Origin: an uncultured Burkholderiaceae bacterium
GTDB lineage: Bacteria > Pseudomonadota > Gammaproteobacteria > Burkholderiales > Burkholderiaceae_A
Assembly (NCBI GenBank): GCA_964470595.1
Contig: CAYYDO010000003.1
Span: 4,459 to 43,859 of the forward strand
DNA length: 39,401 nt
Reading direction: 5' to 3'
The position numbers and the translations under genes are program-made. This document shows positions 29,482 through 37,994 of the stretch, piece after piece. The notes below the pieces were generated by a model that saw nothing but the letters and a program-made list of their open reading frames with translations, had not been told where the DNA came from and did not search any database. The first letter of the stretch is position 1. Each line of letters starts with the position of its first letter.

Positions 29482-30791
29482 GATGGTTCTCCTGACAGGG
29501 AAGGTTTTTCTGCTGGCTCGGGCAAGCGGACGCGACCAAGGGCCACGATAGCCACACACTTGAGCATGCAGGGTAGTCCTGCATAGGCCCAGTGGATCGC
29601 CCCGGGCGACGGGCTGTCGGCCCCAACATCCTGGCCCGGCATGTAACCAAGAATCGCCAGCGCGGGAAGGGCAAGGCCGGCCGACAAGGCCAGCGCCAGC
29701 TTGATCACCAGGTTCCACAGGCCGAAGTAACTGGATTCGAGCTGCCCCCGATGCCCTGCGGAGTCGATGATGCGACCGAGCAACACCGGCGGGCAGACCA
29801 GTTCCGCCCCGAGGGCAAACCCCGTTCCGAGGCAGATGAAGGTGAATGCGATGAGGTCGCCACGATCCAGGGTCAGCACCCACAGAAAGGCGATGACAGC
29901 CGCCAGCATGGCTGCGCGCCATGCCGAAATGATGCCGATCCGGTTTGCCATGCGGGACCAGAACACCACTCCGAGCGCTGCCGAGAGGAAGTACGCCGCG
30001 AGCAGCATGCTCGCCTGATTGCTGGTTGCGCCAATGGCATCCTGCAGGAAGAACAGCACCAGCGTGGCTGGAATCGCATTGGCCAGCGCATTGATGCTGA
30101 ATGCGGCGAGCAGTCGTCGGAACTCCGACACTGCGAACAGCGCCCGCCAGGGAAGGGCCGAGGCTGCCCGCTGGTGGCTCTTCTGGTCGGCACCGTGGAT
30201 GGCGACTGATCGGGTCAGGACAATTGCGGCAGCGGCAGCGGCTATTGCCACGAGCCCCATCACCGGACCGGAGCGCTGTGCCGCAATGGCTGCGGCCACC
30301 ACGACCCCGGCGAGTGCCCATGCCTCGCGTGCACCCACCAGTCGGGACTGGACGTCTGCACTTGGCGTCCAGGCCACAGCCCAACTCTGGTGGGCCAGGG
30401 TGGCGACACTGTTGGCGAGCGATACTCCCAGCGCCGTGATGCCCATCCAGATCAGAAGCGCGGTCGCTGCATCATCGGGCGCCGCCCACCGACTGCTGAT
30501 CCAGTCAACCGGCGGATTCAGCAGCAGGGCGAGGCAGATGACCATCAGGCCGAGACCCCATGCCATCCAGCGCCAGAGGCCAGTGCGACCTCTGTCCATC
30601 ATTCTTCCGATCAGGGGATCAGCCAGTGCGTCCGAAAGGCGGGTTGCCATCAGGACGATACCGACCCAGGCAAGGCTCAAACCGAAGTGCTCTGCATACA
30701 GGGCGGGTGTCAGCAGATACAGGGGGAGTGCTGCAAATGCCAGCGGCATTGCCGGCAGTCCATAGCGCAGCAATTCGCTGGAGCTGGGCAT
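29478..30791 (-). CDS. MFS transporter (MelB/GPH-like)
   Basis: About 12 hydrophobic segments; YGLPAMPLAFAALPLY, RLSDALADPLIG, YFGLWNLVIKLALA. Confidence 0.88.
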   Translation of the reverse strand: MPSSSELLRYGLPAMPLAFAALPLYLLTPALYAEHFGLSLAWVGIVLMATRLSDALADPLIGRMMDRGRTGLWRWMAWGLGLMVICLALLLNPPVDWISSRWAAPDDAATALLIWMGITALGVSLANSVATLAHQSWAVAWTPSADVQSRLVGAREAWALAGVVVAAAIAAQRSGPVMGLVAIAAAAAAIVLTRSVAIHGADQKSHQRAASALPWRALFAVSEFRRLLAAFSINALANAIPATLVLFFLQDAIGATSNQASMLLAAYFLSAALGVVFWSRMANRIGIISAWRAAMLAAVIAFLWVLTLDRGDLIAFTFICLGTGFALGAELVCPPVLLGRIIDSAGHRGQLESSYFGLWNLVIKLALALSAGLALPALAILGYMPGQDVGADSPSPGAIHWAYAGLPCMLKCVAIVALGRVRLPEPAEKPSLSGEPS

Positions 30792-31316
30792 TCAGCGTGG
30801 CCGGCTGTCGGCAATGCGCAGCAGGCTCCTGCGCAACGCGGGCTCGGTCGTGCGGGGATCGAGCCAGATGGCAAAGAAGGCGCTGGAGAACTCGGGATCA
30901 TCGATGCTGCCAATCGTTTCGCCATTCAGGACAAAACTGGCGCCCCGCCCTGGCTGATGGATGCCTCGCAAACGATCACCCGCCCGCACATCGGGGAAGA
31001 GTCGCTGCATCGCCGCCTGCCAGGCGCCGAGCTGGTCCGGCCTGCCCGCACCGATTTTTCGCATCTCCTCGACGCTGCGTTCGGCAATGGCCGCACCGGC
31101 AAAGTTCCGGGCGTAGGTCAACTCGAGTGCAAACGGGTTCTCCATGAGCCGCTCAGGCGCAAGTCTTCCTGCAGCAAACAGACGCGCATCGTAGATCTTG
31201 AGTCCGAGCCAGCGCAGGCTTCCCTCACCGTGCAGCGTCAGAGCGTCCGTATTGGCCCAGGCGTTCGATGCGAGCAGGGTCGAGAGGCTGAAAACGAGGT
31301 ATCGAAGAGTTTTCAT
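30792..31316 (-). CDS. Exported chalcone-isomerase-fold protein
   Basis: Signal peptide ending AWA, GLKIYDARL, LELTYAR, FPDV, FFAIWLD, LRRSLL. Confidence 0.82.
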   Translation of the reverse strand: MKTLRYLVFSLSTLLASNAWANTDALTLHGEGSLRWLGLKIYDARLFAAGRLAPERLMENPFALELTYARNFAGAAIAERSVEEMRKIGAGRPDQLGAWQAAMQRLFPDVRAGDRLRGIHQPGRGASFVLNGETIGSIDDPEFSSAFFAIWLDPRTTEPALRRSLLRIADSRPR

Positions 31317-31392
31317 GTGGGTCCATTCCAGGGGATCGGTGGCATCACTTTGGACTCTGGCCGCGGCAACTTGTTTCCTTGCAGTTCCTTAC

Positions 31393-32664
31393 TCACGCGG
31401 CCCGAAGGGTGAACTGGCCCACATCAATGCTGCCCTCTGAAAACCCGGCCTCACAGTAGGCAAGATAAAAGCGCCACATCCGCTGAAACCGGGCATCGAA
31501 GCCCATATGTTCGATGTCGCCGCGCTGGGCCTCGAACCTGCGCGCCCACTCCGCGAGGGTGCGCGCATAGTCCTGGCCAAAGAACAGTTGACGCTCTGTC
31601 GTGAGCCCATGCCGCTGCGCACGCTCCATGAAGGCCTCGGGGCTGGGCAACATGCCGCCCGGAAAGATGTACTGCTGAATGAAGTCGGTGCTGCGACGGT
31701 AGCGATCGAACAGTCGTGGATCGATGGTGATCGTCTGGATCAGGGCCCGACCCCCGGGTTTGAGACAGCGGCGCAGGGTTTCGAAGTAGTCGTCCCAGTA
31801 GCGTTCACCGACCGCTTCGAACATCTCGATGGATACGATGCCATCGAAACGGCCGGTTTCGTCGCGGTAGTCCTGAAGTGCGATGGTGGCGCGCCGTGCG
31901 TCCCGCTCGAGCAGCTTGTCAGCCCAGAGTTTCTGTTCGGTGGACAGGGTCAGGCCGCGATAACTGCAGGCATTCTTTTCGAGAAGGCGCTGCGCAAGCC
32001 CGCCCCAGCCGCATCCGATTTCGAGGACGGATGCTTCGGGATTTTCCGCATCAAGTCCGAGCTCTGCGATTGCGCGGTCGATCTTGCACAGCTGGCCGGC
32101 CTGCAGATCCACTTCCTGCGACCAGTTCCCCTTGGTGTCGAACAGGGCGCTGGAGTAGCTCATCGAGGGGTCGAGCCAGCGCCGATAGAAGTCGTTGCCC
32201 AGGTCGTAGTGCGCCGATATGTTGCGTCGTGCCTGGCGTTTCCGGTTGGAGCGCAGAAGATGTCGGAGCTGGTCCACGGCGGTAGACCACCACCGACCGT
32301 AGATGACTTTCTCGACGGCCTCGCGATTGGCTGCGAGAACCCTGAGCAGGGCAGTGATGTTGGGGCTCGACCACATTCCCTGCATATAGGCTTCGCCAAA
32401 GCCGATGTCGCCCCGCGATACGGCCATGGAGAGGGTGTCGATATCGTGAATTTCGATACGCGCCCGGTGTGCGGCAATGCAGGGTGTGGTTCGGGTGTCA
32501 CGCCCGCGGTAGAGCCGGCAACTGCCGTCCGGCAGGACCACCTCGAGCTCTCCCGTCTGGAGTCGTTCAAGGAGGCGCAGGATGAATCTGCTGCGCAGGG
32601 AGAGACCGGACATGCCCATGGGCGCGGAGTCGAGCGATGCGGAGTGCGAGACGGAGTCGTTCAT
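31393..32664 (-). CDS. Cfa-family SAM-dependent fatty acyl methyltransferase (UfaM/CfaS-like)
   Basis: GFGEAYM, NISAHYDLGNDFY, LEIGCGWG, SIEMFEAVG, YIFPGG, WRFYLAYCEAGF. Confidence 0.93.
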   Translation of the reverse strand: MNDSVSHSASLDSAPMGMSGLSLRSRFILRLLERLQTGELEVVLPDGSCRLYRGRDTRTTPCIAAHRARIEIHDIDTLSMAVSRGDIGFGEAYMQGMWSSPNITALLRVLAANREAVEKVIYGRWWSTAVDQLRHLLRSNRKRQARRNISAHYDLGNDFYRRWLDPSMSYSSALFDTKGNWSQEVDLQAGQLCKIDRAIAELGLDAENPEASVLEIGCGWGGLAQRLLEKNACSYRGLTLSTEQKLWADKLLERDARRATIALQDYRDETGRFDGIVSIEMFEAVGERYWDDYFETLRRCLKPGGRALIQTITIDPRLFDRYRRSTDFIQQYIFPGGMLPSPEAFMERAQRHGLTTERQLFFGQDYARTLAEWARRFEAQRGDIEHMGFDARFQRMWRFYLAYCEAGFSEGSIDVGQFTLRAA

Positions 32665-33500
32665 GTGGGATGTGAGCTTGGAGAGGAGGGTGTGGACGGC
32701 TGTTGCGGTTTGTGTCGGTCTACCAGGCGCGCACCCTTGAGCCAGAGACGCAACGCCTGCCAGTGGATGCGGAGGATCACACCGAGGGAAAAGAGCGGAT
32801 ATCGAAGCCAGGCGAGCACGGCCTGGCGCTGGGTGAGTGCTCTGGAGGTGCCGCTCATCGATGTCAGCAGAAGATCACCGGTGTCGTCGGCGTAAGCGAT
32901 CCGGGCCAGGTCACGGCCGCCGCATGGTGCCTTGAAGAAGCGGAATCGATACCGACCGTGCACCTCGAAAAAAGGCGATACATAGAACGCCTTGTCGGCA
33001 TGCAGCGTGTGCCCGTTGACGATACTTCCGCCCGGCTGTTGCAGGACGTAGACATGACGATCACCAAAGGTGTTGTTCACCTCCGCGATCACGGCGCGCA
33101 AGGTGCCGTCACGGCGCTCACAGAACCAGAAACTGACAGGCTTGAAGACGTAGCCAAGCATTCGCGGAAAGGTTTGCAACCAGACCTCGCCATCGGCATC
33201 GTTGATGCCGCTTCGTCGCAGGACATCTTCTGCCCATGTCAGAAGAGGGCGGCCGTCGCCATGGTCCTGATCGTGAATGCTCAGCAGGGCGGGACGGTTG
33301 ATCCCCCACCCCCAGGCACCGGAACGACCTGGCGATGTTGCGTCACGCGTCGCGGCGGCGGCACACCCGAGGGTGCGCAAGGGGATCTGTACATAGAAAG
33401 CCGGGTAGCGGAAAGCGTGGCGAAAGGGTTGCAATCTGGCATGCCAGATCTGCCCGATCACGAGCCTTGGTTCAGGCTGCCCGCTGGAGTTCTGCGGCAT
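32661..33500 (-). CDS. DUF1365 family protein (UfaO-like)
   Basis: HAR...HAFRY, PRMLGYVFKPVSFWFC, AEVNNTFG, KAFYVSPF, IHWQALRLWLKG. Confidence 0.9.
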   Translation of the reverse strand: MPQNSSGQPEPRLVIGQIWHARLQPFRHAFRYPAFYVQIPLRTLGCAAAATRDATSPGRSGAWGWGINRPALLSIHDQDHGDGRPLLTWAEDVLRRSGINDADGEVWLQTFPRMLGYVFKPVSFWFCERRDGTLRAVIAEVNNTFGDRHVYVLQQPGGSIVNGHTLHADKAFYVSPFFEVHGRYRFRFFKAPCGGRDLARIAYADDTGDLLLTSMSGTSRALTQRQAVLAWLRYPLFSLGVILRIHWQALRLWLKGARLVDRHKPQQPSTPSSPSSHPT

Positions 33501-34830
33501 GTTCACTTTTCCGCAGAACGGAGGCCAGCGCCCGCGCGCCATTCACACCGGCCTGGAATCCATCCTCGTGAAATCCATAGCGGCTCCAGGCGCCCGCAAA
33601 CCAGACTTTGCCGATGCCCTGGGCGTGTGGCAGTTCTTTCTGGGCGGCGATGGCCGGCCCGTCGAATACTGGGTGGGCATAGTGCATGGTATTGATGATG
33701 CGGTCTTCTGCAGGCCGCCGGCATGGGTTGAGACTGACCAGAACGGGCGTGCTCACGGGGAGGGGTTGCAGGCGGTTCATCCAGTAGGTGACGCTCACCC
33801 CGCTCCCTCCGTCATTGCGCCCGCGGTCATGGATGTAGTTCCATGCAGCCCAGGCCGATCTGCGATGCGGCATCAGGGTGCGGTCGGTATGCAGAATGGC
33901 CGTATTGTCCTGATAACGGATACGGCCCAGCAGGGCACGGCCCGGTAACTCTGCGGGCAGCATGGCGCACGCCTGGTCGGAGTGGCATGCCACGATCACA
34001 GCGTCAAAGCGCTCTTCGAAACCCGCCTGTCCGCCTGAACGATCTCCGCGGACGATCACCGGCTGGCTGACCGTATCGCCGGGTGCGGAGACCGGGGCGG
34101 GCTGAACCTGTCTGACACGGTGGCCTGTGCGCCAGCTGACTTGCCGGCCCTCCGAGCGGAGGACCTCCTGGAGCCGATGGATGTAGGTGTGCGAGCCACC
34201 GTTGACGGTGTACCACTGGGGTCGGTGGCGGATGTTGAGAAGACCGTGGTTTTCGCAGAAACGGGTGAAGGTCACCATCGGGAACTCACGCATCTGCTCC
34301 ACCGGGCAGGACCAGATGGCTCCTGCCATGGGCAGCAGGTAGGCATCCAGAAAGAGGCCCCGGTATCCCTTGCGATCGAGATACTCACCCAGCGATGGTC
34401 CGCCGCCAATCATGTGCTTCAGACGCGCCGCATCGACTGGCGCTTCACGGTTGAAACGCAGGATATCGAGCAGCATTCCCATGAAGCGGGGCGAGAGCAG
34501 GTTCTTTCTCTGGGCGAACACCCCGTTGAGATCGCTGCCGCACCACTCCAGTGCCCCGTTGTCGAGGCTTGCTGAAAAGGACATGTCACTCGGAGTCGTG
34601 TCGACGCCCAGTGAGGCGAACCAGGGTGTCAGACCGGGGTAGGTCCGGTGATTGAACACGATGAACCCGGTGTCAACAGGGAAACGGACTCCCTCGGTCT
34701 CGACGGTCTGGGTATGCGTGTGCCCACCGAGACGATCCTCGGCTTCGAACACCGTGATGTCACACCAGGGCGACAACTCCCGGACCGCTGAGCACCCGGA
34801 GATCCCGCTGCCGATGACCGCAACTCTCAT
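33472..34830 (-). CDS. FAD-dependent oxidoreductase (UfaD-like fatty acid desaturase)
   Basis: VAVIGSGISG, RLGGH, VDTGFIVFN, AIWS, WAAWNY, YAHP, GFHEDG; ATGA overlap with folE2. Confidence 0.9.
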   Translation of the reverse strand: MRVAVIGSGISGCSAVRELSPWCDITVFEAEDRLGGHTHTQTVETEGVRFPVDTGFIVFNHRTYPGLTPWFASLGVDTTPSDMSFSASLDNGALEWCGSDLNGVFAQRKNLLSPRFMGMLLDILRFNREAPVDAARLKHMIGGGPSLGEYLDRKGYRGLFLDAYLLPMAGAIWSCPVEQMREFPMVTFTRFCENHGLLNIRHRPQWYTVNGGSHTYIHRLQEVLRSEGRQVSWRTGHRVRQVQPAPVSAPGDTVSQPVIVRGDRSGGQAGFEERFDAVIVACHSDQACAMLPAELPGRALLGRIRYQDNTAILHTDRTLMPHRRSAWAAWNYIHDRGRNDGGSGVSVTYWMNRLQPLPVSTPVLVSLNPCRRPAEDRIINTMHYAHPVFDGPAIAAQKELPHAQGIGKVWFAGAWSRYGFHEDGFQAGVNGARALASVLRKSEHAAELQRAA

Positions 34831-35633
34831 GCCTGCAGATGATCGATCTTGGCGTATGCGGAATGGTTGTGAATCGATTCGAAGTTTTCCGATTCGACCG
34901 AGAATCCGCGGATTCTTTTGTCCTGCGCAAGGGCGGTCGCGATGTCGCGTACGAGGTCCTCCACGAACTTCGGGTTGTCGTAGGCGCGCTCCGTCACATA
35001 TTTCTCGTCGGGACGCTTGAGCAGGCCCCACAGTTCGCAGGACGCCGCCTGTTCCGCCACCGCGATCAGTTCCTCGACTTCGATGGGCGATTGCAGCCGT
35101 GCGTGAATCGTCACATGCGAGCGCTGATTGTGGGCGCCGTACTGGGAAATCTTCTTCGAGCAGGGGCACAGGCTCGTCACCGGCACCACGACGGTGAGGC
35201 TGGTGATGCGCCCCTGTGCCAGGTGTTCACACTCCCAGGTTACCTGGTAGTCCATCAGGCTCTCGACACCGGACACGGGCGCGGCCTTCATGACGAAGTA
35301 GGGCAGCGCAATCTTCATGTAGCCCGCATCTGATTCGAGCCTGGCGAGCATGTTGTCCATCAGCCCCTGGAGCGCGTGAAAACCAAGGGCATCCTGGTGC
35401 GACTGGAAGACCTCGAGAAATCGGGACATGTGGGTGCCCTTGATCTCCGGCGCAAGAGCGACCGTCATGTCCACGGTGGCCACCGAGGGTTGCGGACCCT
35501 TGCGGGTCTGCACGGTCACCGGATGGACGAGCGACTTGATACCGACCCGCTGGATGGCCAACTGTCGGGTGTCGACGTGAGACTGGACATCCGGAAGGGG
35601 CGTGGCGGAAAACAGCTTCTCCGGTGCATTCAT
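34827..35633 (-). CDS. folE2: GTP cyclohydrolase I type 2
   Basis: PDVQ, KGTHMSRF, SLCPCSK, GAHNQRS, KRPDEK, PKFVED, ESIHNH; AGGAGA Shine-Dalgarno. Confidence 0.96.
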   Translation of the reverse strand: MNAPEKLFSATPLPDVQSHVDTRQLAIQRVGIKSLVHPVTVQTRKGPQPSVATVDMTVALAPEIKGTHMSRFLEVFQSHQDALGFHALQGLMDNMLARLESDAGYMKIALPYFVMKAAPVSGVESLMDYQVTWECEHLAQGRITSLTVVVPVTSLCPCSKKISQYGAHNQRSHVTIHARLQSPIEVEELIAVAEQAASCELWGLLKRPDEKYVTERAYDNPKFVEDLVRDIATALAQDKRIRGFSVESENFESIHNHSAYAKIDHLQA

Positions 35634-35659
35634 GGCAACTTCTCCTGTGAAAGGTGGTG

Positions 35660-36322
35660 TCAGGAGCGCGACGCGGCAAGCGCGCGCTCGATATCAATGG
35701 TGAGGCGACGGTCTGTGGGAGGTACCTGGCTGGCAAAACTTCGCATCAGCCGACCCTCGCGGTCGATCACATACTTGTGAAAGTTCCAGCCAGGGGCTTC
35801 GGACAGTTTGGCGAGCTGTCGGAAAAGAGGGTTGGCGGCAGGCCCTTTGACGGCCGTCTTGGCCATCATCGGAAACTTCACGCCAAAGGTGTTTGAGCAG
35901 AATTCAGCGATTTCCTTGTTGGTGCCGGGTTCTTGACGGCCAAAATCGTTCGAGGGAAATCCAATGACCACCAGACCCTGATCGCGGTATCGGGCGTACA
36001 GCTTTTCGAGCCCCTCGTACTGCGCGGTGAAGCCGCAGAAACTGGCCGTGTTCACGACCAGAACGACCTGGCCCCGATACTGACACAGATTCTGCGGGAC
36101 ATCGTCCTGCAGTCGGGGAAAGGTATGGTTGAGAAGCGCCGGGCACGCGCCCGAAGGCTGTGGGCTCGCGCCTGACGGGGTGGCTGTGGGTGATGCGGAC
36201 CAGGCCTGTGGAATGACGGCGAGGAATACCAGGCTTGCAGCCACGAGGAGCCTCAGCGCCCATGCGGACGGGGCCTGCAGGGGCGCATCGTGGTTGGCGG
36301 ATCGGGAGGCCTTAGGATTCAT
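35660..36322 (-). CDS. Glutathione peroxidase family protein (BtuE-like) with N-terminal signal peptide
   Basis: VNTASFCGFT, GFPSNDFGRQEPG, WNFHKY; hydrophobic leader ending QAWS. Confidence 0.92.
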   Translation of the reverse strand: MNPKASRSANHDAPLQAPSAWALRLLVAASLVFLAVIPQAWSASPTATPSGASPQPSGACPALLNHTFPRLQDDVPQNLCQYRGQVVLVVNTASFCGFTAQYEGLEKLYARYRDQGLVVIGFPSNDFGRQEPGTNKEIAEFCSNTFGVKFPMMAKTAVKGPAANPLFRQLAKLSEAPGWNFHKYVIDREGRLMRSFASQVPPTDRRLTIDIERALAASRS

Positions 36323-36336
36323 CGGTGAATTTGTCT

Positions 36337-36407
36337 TGGTCAAAGTGCTTGGACAGATTTATACTAAGGGGGTCGCTATCCCGCGTCAACGGTTTGTCCA
36401 TGACAAA
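36337..36407. promoter_or_regulatory. Overlapping divergent sigma70-type promoters and candidate regulator operator
   Basis: Minus strand: TTGACG(36384-36389)-N17-TAGTAT(36361-36366). Plus strand: TGGTCA(36337-36342)-N17-TATACT(36360-36365). TGGACA at 36350-36355; palindrome TTTGTC-cat-GACAAA at 36393-36407. Confidence 0.6.
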
Positions 36408-36417
36408 AAAAGGTTAA

Positions 36418-37362
36418 ATGGAGCTCCCTGATTCCACGGCGGTCCATCTGAGCATATCGGCGGTCGAACGCGATACCGGTTTGTCCAAGGACACCCTCCG
36501 CGTCTGGGAGCGCCGATACGGCTTCCCGAGCCCCGACCGGGATGCCTTTGGCGAGCGCATCTATCCACTTGAGCAGGTCGATCGGCTGCGTGTCATACGA
36601 CGGCTGATGGATATCGGGCATCGTCCGGGCAAGATCATCGGCCTCGATTTCCGCGACCTCCAGGCCCTGGCCGACAGTTCGGTCGGGTCGGCAGCGGCCA
36701 ACAAGGCTGCAGCTGAGCAGGATATGCAGCCGGATGTAGCCCATCTCCTGGCCGTCACCAAGACGCACGACATCGAGGAATTGCGCCGTCAACTGGGGCA
36801 GCGACTGCTGCGTCTCGGACTCGCCCGATTCGTGACCGAACTGGTCGCGCCGCTCACGCAGCGGATCGGCGAGGCCTGGTCGCGGGGCCAACTCGAAATC
36901 TATGAAGAGCATCTCTATACCGAGTCGATGCAGGTGGTGCTGCGCAATGCGATAGCCACCATCCCTCAGCCGGGAAGTCGCCCGCGCGTGCTGCTCACGA
37001 CCTTCCCCTCGGAGCCCCATGGCATGGGTCTCCTGATGGCAGAGGCGCTGTTTGCCCTTGAGGGTTGCCGCTGTGTCTCGCTCGGTACCCAGACCCCGGT
37101 GTGGGACATCGTACTGGCCGCCACGGCCCAGGATATCGACATCATTGCCCTGTCCTTCTCGCCCGTCATGAATCCCAATCAGGTGATCGATGGGCTCAAC
37201 GAATTGCGGGCCAAGCTGCCGAGATCCATCGAGATATGGGCCGGTGGTCGCTGCCCGATCCTTCAACGGCGGCCGCCTGCAGATGTGAAAGTGCTCACCG
37301 AACTTTCCGCCCTCACGACCGCTGTTGCGGAGTGGCGGCGCAAGGCCGACGTTCAGGCCTGA
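36418..37362 (+). CDS. MerR-family regulator with cobalamin-binding domain (CarH/LitR-type)
   Basis: ISAVERDTGLSKDTLRVWERRYG MerR HTH; W-x9-EH (WSRGQLEIYEEH); EPHGMG; SLG...LSF...AGG Rossmann B12 domain. Confidence 0.92.
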   Translation: MELPDSTAVHLSISAVERDTGLSKDTLRVWERRYGFPSPDRDAFGERIYPLEQVDRLRVIRRLMDIGHRPGKIIGLDFRDLQALADSSVGSAAANKAAAEQDMQPDVAHLLAVTKTHDIEELRRQLGQRLLRLGLARFVTELVAPLTQRIGEAWSRGQLEIYEEHLYTESMQVVLRNAIATIPQPGSRPRVLLTTFPSEPHGMGLLMAEALFALEGCRCVSLGTQTPVWDIVLAATAQDIDIIALSFSPVMNPNQVIDGLNELRAKLPRSIEIWAGGRCPILQRRPPADVKVLTELSALTTAVAEWRRKADVQA

Positions 37363-37416
37363 CGTCAGCCGGGTGTCTGGCGTTCGTTGCCGACGACCCT
37401 GCCTTCCGGGTGCCTT

Positions 37417-37950
37417 TCAGGCCGGCGCATCTCCCGGTGTCTCGGATGCCGATTTTCCGCCTGATTTCCTCGCGTTTTTGGGCTTGGTTTCCACCATCGA
37501 TTGCGCGCTGGCCTGAGCCGCCTTCATCATCTGTCCGAACTGCTGCTGCATGGACTCCCACCAGAAAGCGGCCTGATCGGTACCAGCGGCCGGAGCCGCG
37601 ACGAAGGCATCGGACTCCTTGCCCGGAGCGGATCCCCCGGACTCCGCCTTTTTTCTTGCCGAACCTGTCGTGCCACTTGCTGCAGCGGATGCCTTGGCCA
37701 TGGACTCCCCGAAGGATTGAATCGCGGCAATTGTTCCCCGCTGGACCTCCAGGGCCTGTATCGTTGTTTTGAGGAGGCTCTGGTTGAGGTTGAGCCACTG
37801 TTCCACGGCTTTCAGCTCGGCGATGCGCTTGTCCAGTTCCTTGAGATCAGCCGGATTGAAGGGGTTTGCTCCGGGCATGGCCGCCCCGATTGGCATCTGG
37901 CCCCATGGTGTGGAGAGAAACTCGAGCGGATTGAAGGCGGGTTTGGTCAT
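37417..37950 (-). CDS. phaM: PhaM-family polyhydroxyalkanoate granule-associated protein
   Basis: ELDKRIAELKAVEQWLNLN...TIQALEVQRGT, AFWWESMQQQF, Lys/Ala-rich tail. Confidence 0.75.
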   Translation of the reverse strand: MTKPAFNPLEFLSTPWGQMPIGAAMPGANPFNPADLKELDKRIAELKAVEQWLNLNQSLLKTTIQALEVQRGTIAAIQSFGESMAKASAAASGTTGSARKKAESGGSAPGKESDAFVAAPAAGTDQAAFWWESMQQQFGQMMKAAQASAQSMVETKPKNARKSGGKSASETPGDAPA

Positions 37951-37994
37951 GGTGGCTGCCCTGGCGTGGATGAACCGGTTTTTAGAATAGCCGA

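Noticed and set aside
28882-30384. Apparent long N-terminal extensions or fusions in the ORF track (DUF3833, uup, PBP5-like, coaX, SnoaL, FAD oxidoreductase)
   Set aside because: The extensions overlap upstream genes in another frame; internal ATGs, mostly with ATGA coupling, give normal lengths.
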